A stretch of DNA of 64,000 bases from the human T2T-CHM13v2.0 reference genome, Homo sapiens. Under the pieces are notes generated by a model that worked only from the letters and a program-made list of their open reading frames with translations, was not told where the DNA came from and ran no database searches. Shown in pieces: positions 32,100 through 50,050 of the stretch (within the stretch, counting starts at the first letter, position 1; every line of letters begins with the position of its first letter). The position numbers were made by a program, and so were the translations under genes. The stretch lies in the NCBI RefSeq assembly GCF_009914755.1, contig NC_060934.1; one strand, given 5' to 3'.

Positions 32100-32830
32100 C
32101 TTGTTCCAGCCTCAATGTTCTTTTTCCACCTCCTTCCCACCCACATTAATGTCTGTCCTTTTTGAAATATACTATTTTTTTCCTGTTTGAAAGATTCTTC
32201 ACTACTAAATTTCTCATCTGTCTGCCAAGGCTCACCTTATATTTTATCATTTTCTTGAAAGCTTACTGGGAGAACTCCCCTGTGTAGTCAGTGCCTGTCC
32301 TTTGGCTATATATTTTTTATTATAGTTTTATCATACTTTGTTTATTTTTTTCTATATTTATTAAGAGGAAAGCCCACTGAAAACAAAGACACTAGCACTG
32401 GCTTATCTTTTCTATCCTTAGTCTTAGCACAATCCCCGACAAAGAACAAACATTAATATTTATTAATTGACTCTTTTGGAAGAAACTCAACCAATCCATG
32501 CTTTTGCAAAATAGAAAAAACTAGATGCTTAAAGCTGCCTATTATAATGCTATGTAGCAATTCAGTTCACCAAATATATATTAATCCCCTACTATGTGTC
32601 AGAGTTAAATATTAGGACTAGAAAAACTAATTAAAAAATGGTGCCCTGCTTAATATATTCCCAGTATAGTTGGAGGGTGACATTTGAACAGATAATGAAA
32701 ATAAATGTGGTAAATGTCATAATATAGTTATGAACAAAGTGATATAGAAATGCAAATGAAGGAGAAAATTATTCTGCTCAGCAGGGCTTCCCTTAAGAAA
32801 TCACCTTTGATCTGGCTCAAGCATGAGGAG
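32100..32830. mobile_element. Two L2 3' ends in tail-to-tail orientation (about 32100-32470 +, about 32545-32830 -)
   Basis: gtcttagcacaatccccgac...aatatttattaattga on +; attcagttcaccaaatatatattaatcccctactatgtgtcag for the antisense copy. Confidence 0.6.
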
Positions 32831-33124
32831 TAGTCACTTTACTGAATACTTAAAAATATATATTTTACGATATCCATCAACTGAATTCCTCTGAGTGCCT
32901 TCAGATTTTGCAACATGTGGTCACTGTTTTTGCCTTGAGCACACTCTGATTTATGCAGAGTGCCTAAGCTTGTTGGAGCCACTATCCCACCTGTTCAATT
33001 CACTCTCCTCCTCCTTGTCTCAGCGAATGTGACCTGAATGGAAGAACCCTCAATGAGCTTTAGGCTTGCAGTTGTCATTAGCTGCAAGGTCTTGCACTGG
33101 TCACTGCTCTTTGAGGTTCCCAAG

Positions 33125-33481
33125 TGTGCTTGTCCATTCTCACACTGATATAAAGAAATACCCAAGACTGGGTAATTTATAAAGGAAAGAGGTTTAATTG
33201 ACTAACAGTTCAGCACAGCTGGGGAGGCCTTGGGAAACTTAAAATAATGGCGGAAGGCACCTCTTCACCGGGCGGCAGAAGAGAGAATGAGTGCTGAGTG
33301 AAGGGGGATGCTCCTTATAAGATCATCAGATCTTGTGAGAACTCACTCACTATCATGAGAACAGCATGGGGAAAACTGCCCCCATAATTCAATTATCTCC
33401 ACCTGGTCCCGCCCTTGACATGTGGGGATTATTACAATTCAAGGTGAGGTCTGCGTGGGGACACAGAGCCAAACAATATCA
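33125..33481 (-). mobile_element. THE1 (THE1C-like) MaLR solo LTR inserted in a MIR
   Basis: aaagaaatacccaagactgggtaatttataaaggaaagaggtttaattgac ... ggggacacagagccaaacaatatca; perfect 5-bp TSD ccaag at 33120-33124 and 33482-33486. Confidence 0.95.
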
Positions 33482-35699
33482 CCAAGCTTCTTCATTTATC
33501 AAATAAGAGGGGTGGACTAAGTCTCCACTACCCCTTTTTTAGCATTCACATCCAGTAAAATAATGGCTATGAAGACTGTATCTTATGAAATACAGATAAA
33601 TATTTGTTAGAGAAAATTGGCTAAAAAGGGGGTATAAATTTACATATAAATTATGCTTCTTTTGATTGAGACAATCAGTAGAGAATAGCCATAGAATTAA
33701 ATTCACCAAGATACAAGAAAAGTCAGCTATGGGTGATAGAGTAGCAAAAATTGTTCTTTCCTATTTGCAATTACCAAAATTACTTGCAAAGTGTTATATG
33801 TTATAAAATAAATTTTCTAAAACCATTTTAATTCTGTTCTAATATTCTATAAATTAATTTCTTCTTATTGGCTTACTTTAGTGACATTGTAAAGGAAGAT
33901 ATTCCAAACTGCCTCCAGCTCTCCTTCCCTGCCCCAATTCGTTAAGGAGGAATTGCTGCTGCAGCTCTTCCCTGCCCTGCTGATGTGTAACAAGATAAAC
34001 AAACCCAGTCTGTAATTGCTCCCCTTCAGTCTGAAATCTCTTCCTAGTGGGAAAGGCTTCCTACCAATTTGAATGTATTGGGGCTTTTTGAATGGGGCTC
34101 CACAGGGTCAGCCAGTGTGTGATAATGACATACTTGCAGGTCTTAATCCTCAGAGCCTGCCTTAGCTTGTTCTTGCCTTCATGCTAGAGGATTTCTTCTA
34201 CAAAATTATTCGATGTATACACAATACCCTGGACTCTAATGTGTAGCAAATGCTGCTATACATTCATTTATGCACAGTTTGCTTGGAGAAAAACTTGCTG
34301 AGACATTTTGAAATGGAAACAGAGATGAGAAAAACAAGCAGGAGATTTCCCTGCAAATGTCGACTCTGAAGGCTAAAGGAAATTGCATTTCCACATGTAA
34401 AGCAGAAAAAAATGGGCCAGCTTTGTGGAAGCATAACAGGTGTTTCCCAGACTATAGTGAGGAGATACAATGGATTCAGAAAAGCCAGTAAATGTTAACA
34501 TTTCCACACATCACTCCTTCAGCCAGGCTGATAAAGTGTTGGCTTCCTCTTGTTGCCCCTCTTCAGTTAGAACAGAGCTCTAAGGTGAACTCACAATTGC
34601 ACAATGACATAATCACTGTCAGCAGCAATCACATGACCACAGGCTGCTGGACCACTGTGATGGGCTCCATCATCAGTATTCTCCCCTGCTCCTTTTGTAT
34701 GGCCACCATCAGGACTATCAGGAATGGATACGAGATTTTATATTTTGTTAGGACACCTCCAGGATTGGTTCTGGGCAGAGTCTTCAAACTATGATGCTCT
34801 ATGTTAGTGAGCAGCCTGTTCGTGGCCTTCTCTGTGAGCCCTGCTTTCCTGTCCTTGATCTAAAGAAAGAAAATGAGGCTGAGAGAACTGAAATGGCCCC
34901 TCCCACAGACCAGGACTTCAACATACCTCTTCTTGCCCATTCACTAGCCCCTCAACTTTTGTCCAATCTTCACACCATCCCCAGTTCTCATCATACTATG
35001 GTGCCGTGCAAGACACCAAGTAGGTTATCCATCCCCTGTGCTTGCATGTATTCAGTGAGTACATACTGTGCTTGACATTGTTCTAGCAGTAAGAAATAGA
35101 AATATAAAGTAGACAAACGAAGCCCCTAACCTTAAGGTAGAAGATAAGCAAGTGTAAAGGCATAAGAAGTGAGAGAGGCACCAACCCCAGCTTTACTCTA
35201 ACTTCAAGGGCTCAGTGTATGAAAAGGTCCATTCCAGTTTCTTGTTCTTGAAATTGGATCTTTAGGAATAATAGTATATCAACCTCAATCCAATGGGTGT
35301 AAGACCAAGACTGTAGTTCCAATGGCTATAAGATCAGTTATTTTTCTACATTCAATGATTGTCATCATCACTTTAACAATGTTAAGGCTCTGCAACATAC
35401 ATTTTTAGTCTGCAATAATTTTTATTTAAAAAAAGCAAGTGAATTATCTTAACTACTATGCAAATAATATTGTATAAAAGTGTGGCTACTGCTAGACTTG
35501 ATAAAAACACCATAGAGAATACCTCTGTATAATGAATCACAATGTTATTTAGACCATTCTTATAGGAAAGTGTGATTTGGCCACTGAGTTGCAGTTTAAG
35601 GGTGACGGTGTGTGTAGAATGATTGTGTTCAAAGTACACAAATTAGAGAATCCCCGCATGACTTAATATCTGTGAGAACAGATCCGACCTCATTATTCT

Positions 35700-38600
35700 A
35701 TGACTATTTTGAAATCTGATTATTCTAGAATCTTTATTTTTCAAAATGATTTTCTCAAACAGATAATAACTGGATAAATATAATAAAAGTTACTTTGGTG
35801 TACATAGTAGCAATAAGAGTTAAAAGATGGGAATAACCAGGTATAATAAATGAAGAGAATTATTAACATCAGGGCAAAAATGAGAAGCTGAGGCCAGAAT
35901 GGCTCACAGGCTTATAGATTTTGAAGTTGCAGTAACTTTAAAAAGGGATTTGAAAAGTAAAGTTAAATAAAGCTAGACAATTAATAATCCTAAAGAATAA
36001 ACTTATTTTAAAAAAGATGTAACACTTTAAGAAATGACCACAGAGTAGTCTGTAACTGAAGTTTCAACTAATTTCAAAGAATCAGCACTATCCTGACTAC
36101 ATATTTTATCACAATAAAATAAATTAGATAACAGCAATTAAATGATAATTTAAACTCTCCATATTGATAACTTAAATTATCCAATGGTTTAAAGAAGAAA
36201 GTGTATTACAAACTATAAAATGTCTAGTTTTACACAGCAGCACAAGTAATGTCAAAAACATATGACTTGCAGCTAAAGCAATACAGAAATTCCAGCATTA
36301 AATTCTGTTAAATATAAGAAGAAAAATTATGTACCATTTGAAACAATCAACTCAAAGAGATTGACAAAGAGTGACTTTCATCAACCATCTTAACTGAACT
36401 TCAAAAAATAAAAAAAGAAACAAGTAGGACTTAATGTAATACAAAATAACAAAAATCAATAATAGAAGTAAGAGACAAAACTGAGAGCTGGATCTTGAGA
36501 AAAACTGAAAATATACAAGCATCTGAAGACTGAAGGAAGAATTAAAAATTTAAAACTATGTTGAATGAGCATCATCTAGAATAATAAATACTCATGTATT
36601 TCAATAAATTTGAAAAATATTAAACTGAATGGTTTTAGGGCAACATAACAAAAAATGAATTAAGGGAATAAAAATTTGAATTATAATTTTAATAGTTATT
36701 TTATTTGTAAAAGTCCTTTTAGCCCCTCCTATAACTCTTTCTTTCTCTTTCTCTCTCTCTCTCTCACACACACATGAAAAAGTCACTTCATTAATTCACA
36801 TTTTATTGAATATCAATAAATAAAATTGCTGCACAAATAAAAAAATAAGAAAATTGTATTTAATGAGCTCTTATAATCGATGTCTGATCAAGATTAGTAC
36901 AATAAATACAAAGGATAGTTTCATTACAACAAAATGATTTTACTTATAAACATGGATGAAAAATAACAAATGTCATCAATAAAATATTAACAAATGGAAT
37001 TCACTATTGTATTAAATAAAGAATTATGACAAAATTGGATTTATAACAGAAGTAGAAGGATGGTACAATACCAGAAAAGATCAATATAATTCACTCCATT
37101 AAGATTTAAAGAAAATAAATATGATGATCACAGAGGCAGAGGTAAGATATGAAAAAAAAAAGTTGATGAGACAAATGGATATCCATATAAAAAAGAATTG
37201 ATTTGGTCTTCTATCTCACACCATACATAAAAGTTAATGTGTATCATAGACTTACATGTATGAGCTAAAACTATACATTTTTTGGAAGAAAAGGATTTAT
37301 GGGAGTAAATCATGATCTTGAATTAGACAGTAATAACTTAGTTATGATACCAAAAGCAACAGTGATAAAAGAAATATTAAGTTGAACTTAATAAAAATCA
37401 CATTTACACTTCAAAAAACACTATCAAGAAAGTGAAAAGACAACTGCAGAGTAGGAGAACTCTGCAAATTATGATCTGATGATAATTGCATTCAGAATGT
37501 ATTTATTTTTAAAACCCTTACAGCTCAAGAAAAAATAAAAGACAATCAAATTTAAAGGTGGGCAAAGGATTTAAATACACCCCTCTCCAAAGAAGATTAT
37601 AAATTCAAATAAGCACATGGAAAGATGTTCAATACCATCAATCATCACGGAAGTATAAATCAAAACCAAAATGACCTATCACTTTACAAACAGTTGGATG
37701 GCTATAACTAAAAAGATAGTAACAAGTGTTGGCAAGAATATTAAGAAATTTGAACCCTCATAAACTGCTGGAGAGAACTCAAGATGGTAGAGCCATTTGG
37801 GAAACAGTTTGGCTATTCCTCAAAATGTTAAACATAGAATTGCATATGACCCAACATTTCCACTCCTAGTTCTCTACTTGAGGGAAATCAAAACATGCAT
37901 CCACACAAAACCTTATATACGAATGTTCCTTGTATCCTTAATCACAATACTCAAAAGGTGAAAATAGCACAAATGTCCATTAATCAATCCATGAATATAC
38001 AACATATAGCATGTCTCTATAATGAAATTCATTTGCAATAGCAGAGAATGAACTACTGATAAGACATGGATGAATATGAAGATCATAAAATAATATGCTA
38101 AGTGAAAGAAGGCAGAGATAAAATATTACACATGATATGAAATTCACATTGATATGAAATGTCTAGAATTGGCAAATCTATAGATACTAAAAGTAGATTA
38201 ATGATTTCCTAAGCCTGGGTGGGAACTGAGTGGGTGGAAAATAATGTATAGGGGGTGGGAATTATTTCTTAATAACTACTATGTTACTTTGGGGATGATA
38301 AAAATAATTTAAAATTAGATTTGGTGGTGGTTATACTCCCCTGCAAATGTATTAAAAAGCATTAAAAACCACTTTAAATTCATGAACTTTACAGTATGTA
38401 AATTATCTCAATATAGTTGTTAATTAAAAAAATTCTATTTGGAGAAATTGGTTGCGCAAAAGATAATGTATATATTTATTACTTTTGCTATATGATACTG
38501 AAAATGACCATCAGTGACAGTTGTATTTGACCAAACTGCTGGTAAATTAACACAATTAGAGAAGCCCAAGATACATATGTAAATTTTAACAGCCACATAT

Positions 38601-38729
38601 TATTTTAAAATATTCTCAGCAAAATAGAATTAAAAGAAAAATTCCCAGTCTGATAAATTATGTCTTGCAAAACATTGAAAACCTCATTTCAATTGGCAAA
38701 AGAGCATCAGTAGAAGAATAGATAAATCA
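35700..38729 (+). mobile_element. Nested old L1M relics, including an L1MB-like ORF2 end and 3'UTR (about 37150-38430)
   Basis: atctcacaccatacataaaag, ctatcaagaaagtgaaaagacaac, ttggcaaatctatagatac, gtatgtaaattatctcaata. Confidence 0.75.
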
Positions 38730-38808
38730 GAGGGGCGGTTCCAAGATGGCCAAATAGGAACAGCTCCAGTCTACAGCTCCCAGCATGAGCAACGCAGAAG
38801 ATGGTTGA

Positions 38809-39204
<396 letters not shown>

Positions 39205-39410
39205 TGATAAAGGGGATATCAACACTGATCCACAGAAATACAGACTACCATCAGAGAATACTGTAAAAACCTCTATGCAAATAAACTAGAAAATCTAGAA
39301 GAAGTGGATAAATTACTGGACACATACACCCTCCCAAGACTAAACCAGGAAGAAATTGAATCCCTGAATAGACCAATAAAAGGCTCTGAAATTGAGGAAA
39401 TAATTAATAG

Positions 39411-39786
<376 letters not shown>

Positions 39787-39789
39787 TAA

Positions 39790-40683
<894 letters not shown>

Positions 40684-40986
40684 TACTGGTACCAAAACAG
40701 AGATATAGACCAACGGAACAGAACAGAGCCCTCAGAAATAATACCACACATCTACAACCATCAGATCTTTGACAAACCTGACAAGAACAAGAAATGGAGA
40801 AAGGATTCCCTATTTAATAAATGGTGCTGGGAAAACTGGCTAGCCATATGTAGAAAGCTGAAACTGGATCCCTTCCTTACACCTTATACAAAAATTAATT
40901 CAAGATGGATTAAAGACTTACATGGTAGACCTAAAACCATAAAAACCCTAGAAGAAAACCTAGGCAATACCATTCAGGACATAGGC

Positions 40987-41496
40987 ATGGGCAAGGACTT
41001 CATGTCTAAAACACCAAAAGCAATGGCAACAAAAGCCAAAATTGACAAATGGGATCTAATTAAACTAAAGAGCTTCTGCACAGCAAAAGAAACTACCATC
41101 AGAGTGAACAGGCAACCTACAGAATCAGAGAAAATTTTTGCAATCTACTCATCTGACAGAGGGCTAATATCCAGAATCTACAAAGAGCTCAATCAAATTT
41201 ACAAGAAAAAAACAAACATCCCCATCAAAAATTGGGCAAAGAATATGAACAGACACTTCTCAAAAGAAGACATTTATGCAGCCAACAGACACATGAAAAA
41301 ATGCTCATCATCACTGGCCATCAGAGAAAGGCAAATCAAAACCACAGTGAGTTACCATCTCACACCAGTTAGAATGGCAATCATTAAAAAGTCAGGAAAC
41401 AACAGGTGCTGGAGAGGATGTGGAGAAATAGGAACACTTTTACACTGTTGGTGGGACTGTAAACTAGTTCAACCATTGTGGAAGACAGTGTGGTGA
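40987..41496 (+). pseudogene. L1 ORF2p C-terminal fragment with cysteine-rich motif
   Basis: [18 protein letters not shown]. Confidence 0.93.
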
Positions 41497-42058
41497 TTCC
41501 TCAAGGATCTAGAACTAGAAATACCATTTGACCCAGCCATCCCATTACTGGGTATATACCCAAAGGATTATAAATCATGCTGCTATGAAGACACATGCAC
41601 ACGTATGTTTATTGCGGCACTATTCACGATAGCAAAGATTTGGAACCAACCCAAATGTCCATCAATGATAGACTGGATGAAGAAAATGTGGCACATATAC
41701 ACCATGGAATACTATGCAGCCATAAAAAAGGATGAGTTCATGTCCTTTGTAGGGACATGGATGAAGCCGGAAACCATCATTCTGAGCAAAGTATCACGTG
41801 GACAAAAAACCAAACACTGCATGTTCTCACTCATAGGTGGGAATTGAACAATGAGAACACCTGGACACAGGAAGGGGAACATCACACACCGGGGCCTGTT
41901 GTGGGGTGGGAGGAGTGGGGAGGGATAGCATTAGGAGATATACCTAATGTAAATGACGAGTTAATGGGTGCAGAACACCAACATGGCGCATGTATACATA
42001 TGTAACAAACCTGCACGTTGTGCCCATGTACCCTAGAACTTAAAGTATAATAAAAAAA

Positions 42059-43081
<1,023 letters not shown>

Positions 43082-44017
43082 TTAAGTAATTGAAATAGAA
43101 CTATTATATCAACTTTATCTCAAAATTATATTATATAAAAAAAGGAAGTTAAAATTACATAAATTAAAACAGAGATAGGTATATTAATTATGAATGCAAA
43201 TATATAATAACATTTTAAAACATGGACCAAAATTATACAAAACAAGTACACAACAATATTTGCTCTTGAGGAAAAGAAGGAAGAGAATGGAGCTAGAAAG
43301 AATAAAAAAGAAGCTTCAGATTTATCTGCAATATTGTTTAATTTAAAATTTATACAATGCAAAGATTAGTAAGTCAACTTATATACATTTTTGCAATGAA
43401 TACATGGATGACTGTTATTATTTGTAATTTATTGTGATTTCAGATTTATAAATTAATTCCAGGCTGATTTTAATGTGTTTTAAATGTCCTTGTAAATTGC
43501 TAAATTATATTTTTTAAAGAGTAATGTTACATAAAATTGTTAAATTGCTATATTAAGGGTTTGTTAAACAATACCTTAAGTGTTTGTGTGAATCTATTTC
43601 GTCCTATAAGAATAAAATACATTTTTATTTTACTTTATCACAAAAAGCCACAAAGATATTCAGATATCATAGGATATTTTACCACCAGGCATACTGATGA
43701 CACGATTTTGTTAACCATGTGAAATGAAGTACATGGTGTTTATTAAAGTTAATTTTTATGGCTATTTCACTGTTCAAGTTTTCCACATTTCTTGAAAAAT
43801 ATTTGTTATATTACACATTTTAAATTTAGATAGTGTTCTATAGATTACTTTCATTCAATACTAATCTCACTACTAAAATGCATCTTCCCTATAAGTAATA
43901 CTTTCTTATTTCAACTCTATCCAAAGGATCCACAAAAACACCTAAAATGGGTGTGATGTTCAGAAGCCTTAATAAATAATTGTTGACTTAATGAATTACT
44001 TCATGGAGTTCTAATAG

Positions 44018-44353
<336 letters not shown>

Positions 44354-44474
44354 CTATTTTTATTTTTACACAATGGAATTGAGTCATTTAATGCAGTTTT
44401 CCCTGTCTGCTGTATTTGAGTCATGCTTGTCTTTGTGCGTTACTTCTCTAAATGAGGTATTGCTTGAGAAAATC

Positions 44475-44502
44475 TTTTTTTTTTTTTTTTTTTTTTTTTT
44501 TT
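44475..44502. repeat. T28 homopolymer
   Basis: Counted directly. Confidence 0.95.
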
Positions 44503-47500
44503 AGGATATTCTTTATCTACTTTCTCCAATATCTACTACTTTGCACGGGGTGGTGGGGGGAGGATGAAAGAATCCTGGGTCTATATTTTCATATTGCCCC
44601 AACAACACTACTTCAGGCAAAAACAATTTGATGCTTGTGGAATGTGTGGACTTTAAAAAATAATATAATACATAACATATTTTCATAGAACTTATAATAA
44701 GCACTCAATGAGTGCTTGTTGCTATTACTTTACTGGTTGGTTGAGTAGAGATCAGGGAGAGGAAAATATATTCCTTGTCATTCGGGCTCCTTTTAATAGG
44801 GTAATCAATATATTATTTTAAAGTAACATTCCTATACTATTGGTTATGTGTGCTTGTTTACGTTGGACATCTCTGCAATTTATTCATTTTTAAAATGTGG
44901 GTAAAGGAAACCCATTTGATATACTTGATCAAAGATTTAATACATGTAGATACAGTTCAAATGCAAAATTTCCCATAGTATTGGGAGGAAAACCTACATC
45001 CCACACTTATGTTGTATTATTTGTAGGCTGGAAGTGCTTTCCAAATATCTTCGGATTTATGAATAATATTAATTAGTATTTACACAGAAATGTAGTGCTT
45101 AAATAATGCCTACATGTATTCCGTCTGATCAAATACATAAAATGTAGATGAACACATGAGCTTCTGGCACTTTCCATTACATCTCACTGGCTTCAAATGT
45201 AATTTTGTTTGTTGTATTGTTCTTACTGCATTGTAATTGCCTTCAAAAGGAATATACTTTGGATACTTATTAGATAATTAATGACAAAATAAAATTTTCA
45301 AAGATTTTCTTGCTAGGTTTAGAGTTTAGGTGAGTCCTTTTAAAATTGCAACTCTGTTGAAAAATTTGGCTAAAATGTCAGCACTTTGGCTAGAAGTTCC
45401 AAGGTACGAGCTTCTATAAAACGGACCCAGAAACGTGCAATTGCATCCAATCCTAGTGCTGTTCAACAGCTTCGTGTTGAATATAAAATGCCAGTGTGTT
45501 ATTAAAATGTCTTCAAAAATAAAAGTATTTCATACATGTTGAATATATTCGCTTCTAAAGTCAAGTCGTGTAAGAAAAGTCCCAGTTATTGATGAGTCTG
45601 ACTGTTGAGGCCTTTTGAAAATCCTTATGTAAAAATATCTAAGTGTCCAAAGTAAAGGTGCACATGAATAGAACTAAATTATATGTCAAGAAAGGAAAGA
45701 GGATTGACTGTTCATTTTTAGGACTCACCTACACGGAGTCATCCTACCCTAGTACTTCTTAGGTTGTTTCACATCTTTTTTATCTTCAAATCCAAGATAT
45801 ATTCAGAGAAAGTTTGTGATCCAGTATAAATCAAAAGGTGATTGAAAGTTCTATTAAACCCGAGTTCCTGCATAAAATTATGTAAGGGCAGGAGGTGGGG
45901 AGAGACAGAAGCATTGAAGGAAAAGTCAGGCTAAACCTGACAGGGAAAGAGAAGTCTTGTGTGCCTTGCATAGGAGACACCATTGGTGGTCCACAAATGG
46001 CAGGGAGGTGTACACACACCTGGGAAGGTCAAGGAGGGATATGGCTACCTGTGCTCCTAGGGAGATAACAACCACCAGGGCAATGCAGGATCTGCAAGTA
46101 TACCATGCTCAACGATTCTTCTTGGTAATAATTTAAGCATATTTTCAAGAAGATTTAAAAAAAAACACTCATGCTTGTTAAATTGATCCTAAAATCTGTT
46201 GAGAATAATTATAAAAGTTAAATTTAGAGTTGGATTATATGTCAGGAAAAAACTGGATACTAGTAGAGAACTAGAGACTGGGCTATGCTTTCATGAAATA
46301 AGCCTCAGAAAAATGAGTCAATGCCCACTTGAGCTTGGGAAACTTGCGCTCAGGTATGCATAAAGAGGGCTGATTGAACCAGGTGAGCAGCATATTTGCT
46401 GAGAGGTCAAATGGGCCATGTTATGACATGCTGATGGCGGGAGAGATGCTATTCAACCAGATATGGGCTGGCCTAAAAAGTTTAATGAAGTCTGCCCAAA
46501 CTTGTTTTACTGTCAGACTTTCAATGTATTTTTCATTTTTGAACCATAGAGGGCCTAGTTGAAAGATTTTAAAAGTCATTAATTCAGTACAATAAAATAT
46601 TAAAAATATGAGGTCAGAAGAGCCTCTCAAAGAATTTTCCCCATATCCTCATCTAAACTCTTCTGCCAAATCACTCACATTTTCAACTTGTTGAAAGCCT
46701 GCTCTGCATCTGTGGGAGGGCTGGCATTTCTTGACCTCCTCCTGCCACGTTTGATGAGGAAGGTGGTAATGGTATCCAACTTAAGAGGGCAAATAAGCTC
46801 TGAAAGCATTTTCCTTTCAGCTCTAAAAATACTCTCCATTAAATTTGTGCATTTCCTCAAATCTTATTGCCCTCCTCTCTTCTTCCCCATCAAAGCCACT
46901 CTTTATCATAGAATCACTTGCTTGGTAACTGGCAGTTGAAACTAGAAATCCAATACATTCTAAGCCCTGTTAGCTAGAGCAACCAGACGTTTAATAAATA
47001 TCTGTCATTTTAACTATGTTCTGTGGTTCTCAATATGTCTAACTTAAGAAAAAATGGTGGGATAGAATTTTAACACAGACAAGTATGAGGTACAGTACAG
47101 ATATTGAGGAATTACAGTACACCTGGTTTGATATCTTCTGTGAAACTTTAATTGACTGTCAAGTCTGACCTAAAATAACAGCCAAACTATCAAAAATCCA
47201 TCATTTCACATATACATTGAAAGCATAAAGACTTTAACTGATTTTTCAGTTTTATTTGTACTACATAATCATTAACAAGAAAATGACATCATTTATTAAC
47301 TGTGAATTTTAAAAATGTTGATGAAAGTAGAATAAAAACAAACTTAAGAAATATATGTAGTAATCTGTCGGTAGCCTAAGAAAACAGTGTGAATGTTTCA
47401 AATGAGTATTTAAAATATCACTGCATGCATAAATTATGAAACTTAAATATCATTGTATGTTATTGTATGTAAGAAATTAGCATACAGTTCATGCCAGAAT

Positions 47501-48456
47501 ATATCCTTGTTGAAATGTAAGTGCGTTCCACCTTTCTAAAAAGCTATTTAGGAATACTTAGTAACTAAAAAATGCTTGCACCCATTAATCCACTATCTTC
47601 AGTATAAAAAGTCTTTGATAAGAAAATAACGAGTGATTTTCACAGAAATACAACTTTTAATAATATTTCTAATAGCAAAATATTCATAAGCATTTTTTAA
47701 AACCCAAGTTAAAATATTGTATTTTGTAAACACATAAAAATGCCACAGATAATAAACATTGAATGTGTACAAAAGGTTAAGGATAATCATTGCTAGGTGG
47801 TGAAATTTCACATTGCTTATTTTATTCTTGATATTTTTTAGTGTTTTAAATATAACTTTTAATGAGCATAAACAAAATCTATAACCAAAAACAAAACAAA
47901 ACAGAAAATGCAGCATATAGGTGTTGAAAAGTCATTTGAATGAGCTTCAAATATGATATTCTATTTCTTAATTGAGTGTTTGGTATTTAGGTGAGTGTTT
48001 TCATGATGATGATGATAATTTTTATAGTTTATATGCATTTCTTGGCATGTTTGAAATAATTTATAACATTTTTTGGAAAGTCATTTCATGAAAATCACCA
48101 TTCTTTTCTTAGTAAAACAAAACCTCTTGCAGAAACAGAAAAAAGTATATGTTTTTAAAAGTATTATTAAAATTAATATATTATTTTTCAAATATTAAAT
48201 ATTTTAAAATATAAATGGCACAGTCTCAAAAAATCAGTAGTTAAGAGAATAACAAACAAAAATGGTTATTGTCTTCACTAACATTTCACATGAATCAGAA
48301 ATCAATCAACATCTCAAGCAGAGAAATGTATAAAATGGAAAGTATAAATACCAAAAAAAAATAAGAAAAATATTTTATTACTGTAGTTGTCAGTAATATC
48401 TACCTTAGAAATTCAGGACAATCGATTGAAAAAAAAATTCTTGTAGAAGAAAATCA

Positions 48457-48727
<271 letters not shown>

Positions 48728-49079
48728 TTATATTATAATGTTGATGCCTTTCATATATATGTATATATATATGTATATATTTCTAACCAGTTAGAAATTA
48801 TGATGCAAAAAGGCAGAAATCTTGATATTTGAGTGTTGTCGTCATAAATCCTGTAATAAGTTTTCTGAGTTTCTTGGTTTGTCTAGACTTCTGATAGAAA
48901 AATGAGGAAAAGCAAATGCAATTGAAGTTTTGGGTGCTGAAAATTCCAGGCCCAGAAGAAAGGAGGAATTTTTAAAATTAGCAAGTTTGCTCACTCTGAG
49001 AAAAACATGAAGGATTTTTCCTTCTTTACTGAATCTCTCTAATAGAGTTACACATTTTATTTACCTTGTACATTTGTTA

Positions 49080-50050
49080 TTTACTTGTTTTTATGTTTTA
49101 ATATGGAAAATTTTAATCATATACATATTTAGATAAATTAGTATAATTAACCTCAATGTACCTATTACCTAGATTCCACAATTATCAACTAATGGCCAGT
49201 TGTGTTTCTTACAAACCCTTACCAACTTCTTTCTCACCAAAATTATTTTGAAGCAAATTCCAGATATCATTTTATCTGTATTTATTTCAATAAAAGATAA
49301 AAAAAAATTTCTTTAACGTAGTCTCCAAACTACTGTGCAACTAAAGTTAAAACAATAATCTCTTTATGTCATTAAAAATTCAGTCAGTTCTCCAACTGAC
49401 TCATGTTATAATTTTTAGTAGCTTGAATCAGTATCTAAAAAGCAAAAATGGCATTTTTTTTTCAATTGGTTGAAAGCGTTCTTAAATCTCTTTTAATCTA
49501 TATGTGCCCATCTCCATTATTTTTCACTCTCTTGCAATTTTTTTTTGGAAAAAAATTACCATGGAGATTGTAAAATGATTGTATCATCAAAGTGTTATTG
49601 GACATGCTCCTCTGCACCTGTATGTCCTTTAAATTAACATTTGGGTCTAGAGGCTTGATTTAACTCAGGTTTGATGTTTTCTGAGGGGGTAAAAATACTT
49701 TATATTCATGGGTAGTGTTGTGTTCCTCCATGGCTCCAGGCATAATGCCAAGGCATTGTTCTTTTGGTGGCACCAGCAGCCATTGAAGGACAACGCTTAG
49801 GTTCATTAATTCATTAAGTGTGACCAAATGATGATAATCCAATTATATTACTTTTCTTAATGTATTACCTGGACTGCTTCTATAAATAAAACTTTCCCTA
49901 AACTTATATTTGGTTATCCAATGGTATATTTTTTTAATGAAAAAGATGTAGACAAATTCTGTATTCTATTTACCAGTTTTTAAAAATAGTAAGTTGATTT
50001 GCTAACATATTCCCAAATTGACCAACTTTTTTTCTTTAATTTATATTTTA
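49080..50050 (-). mobile_element. L1MC4/5-like 3' end, antisense
   Basis: tttaatatggaaaattttaatcatatac...aatgtacctattacctagattccacaattatcaac...ttattttgaagcaaattccagatatcat. Confidence 0.7.

Noticed and set aside
45461-45482. Small hairpin ttcaaca-gcttcg-tgttgaa near TATAAAA motifs
   Set aside because: A 7-bp stem is expected by chance; no ncRNA or promoter support
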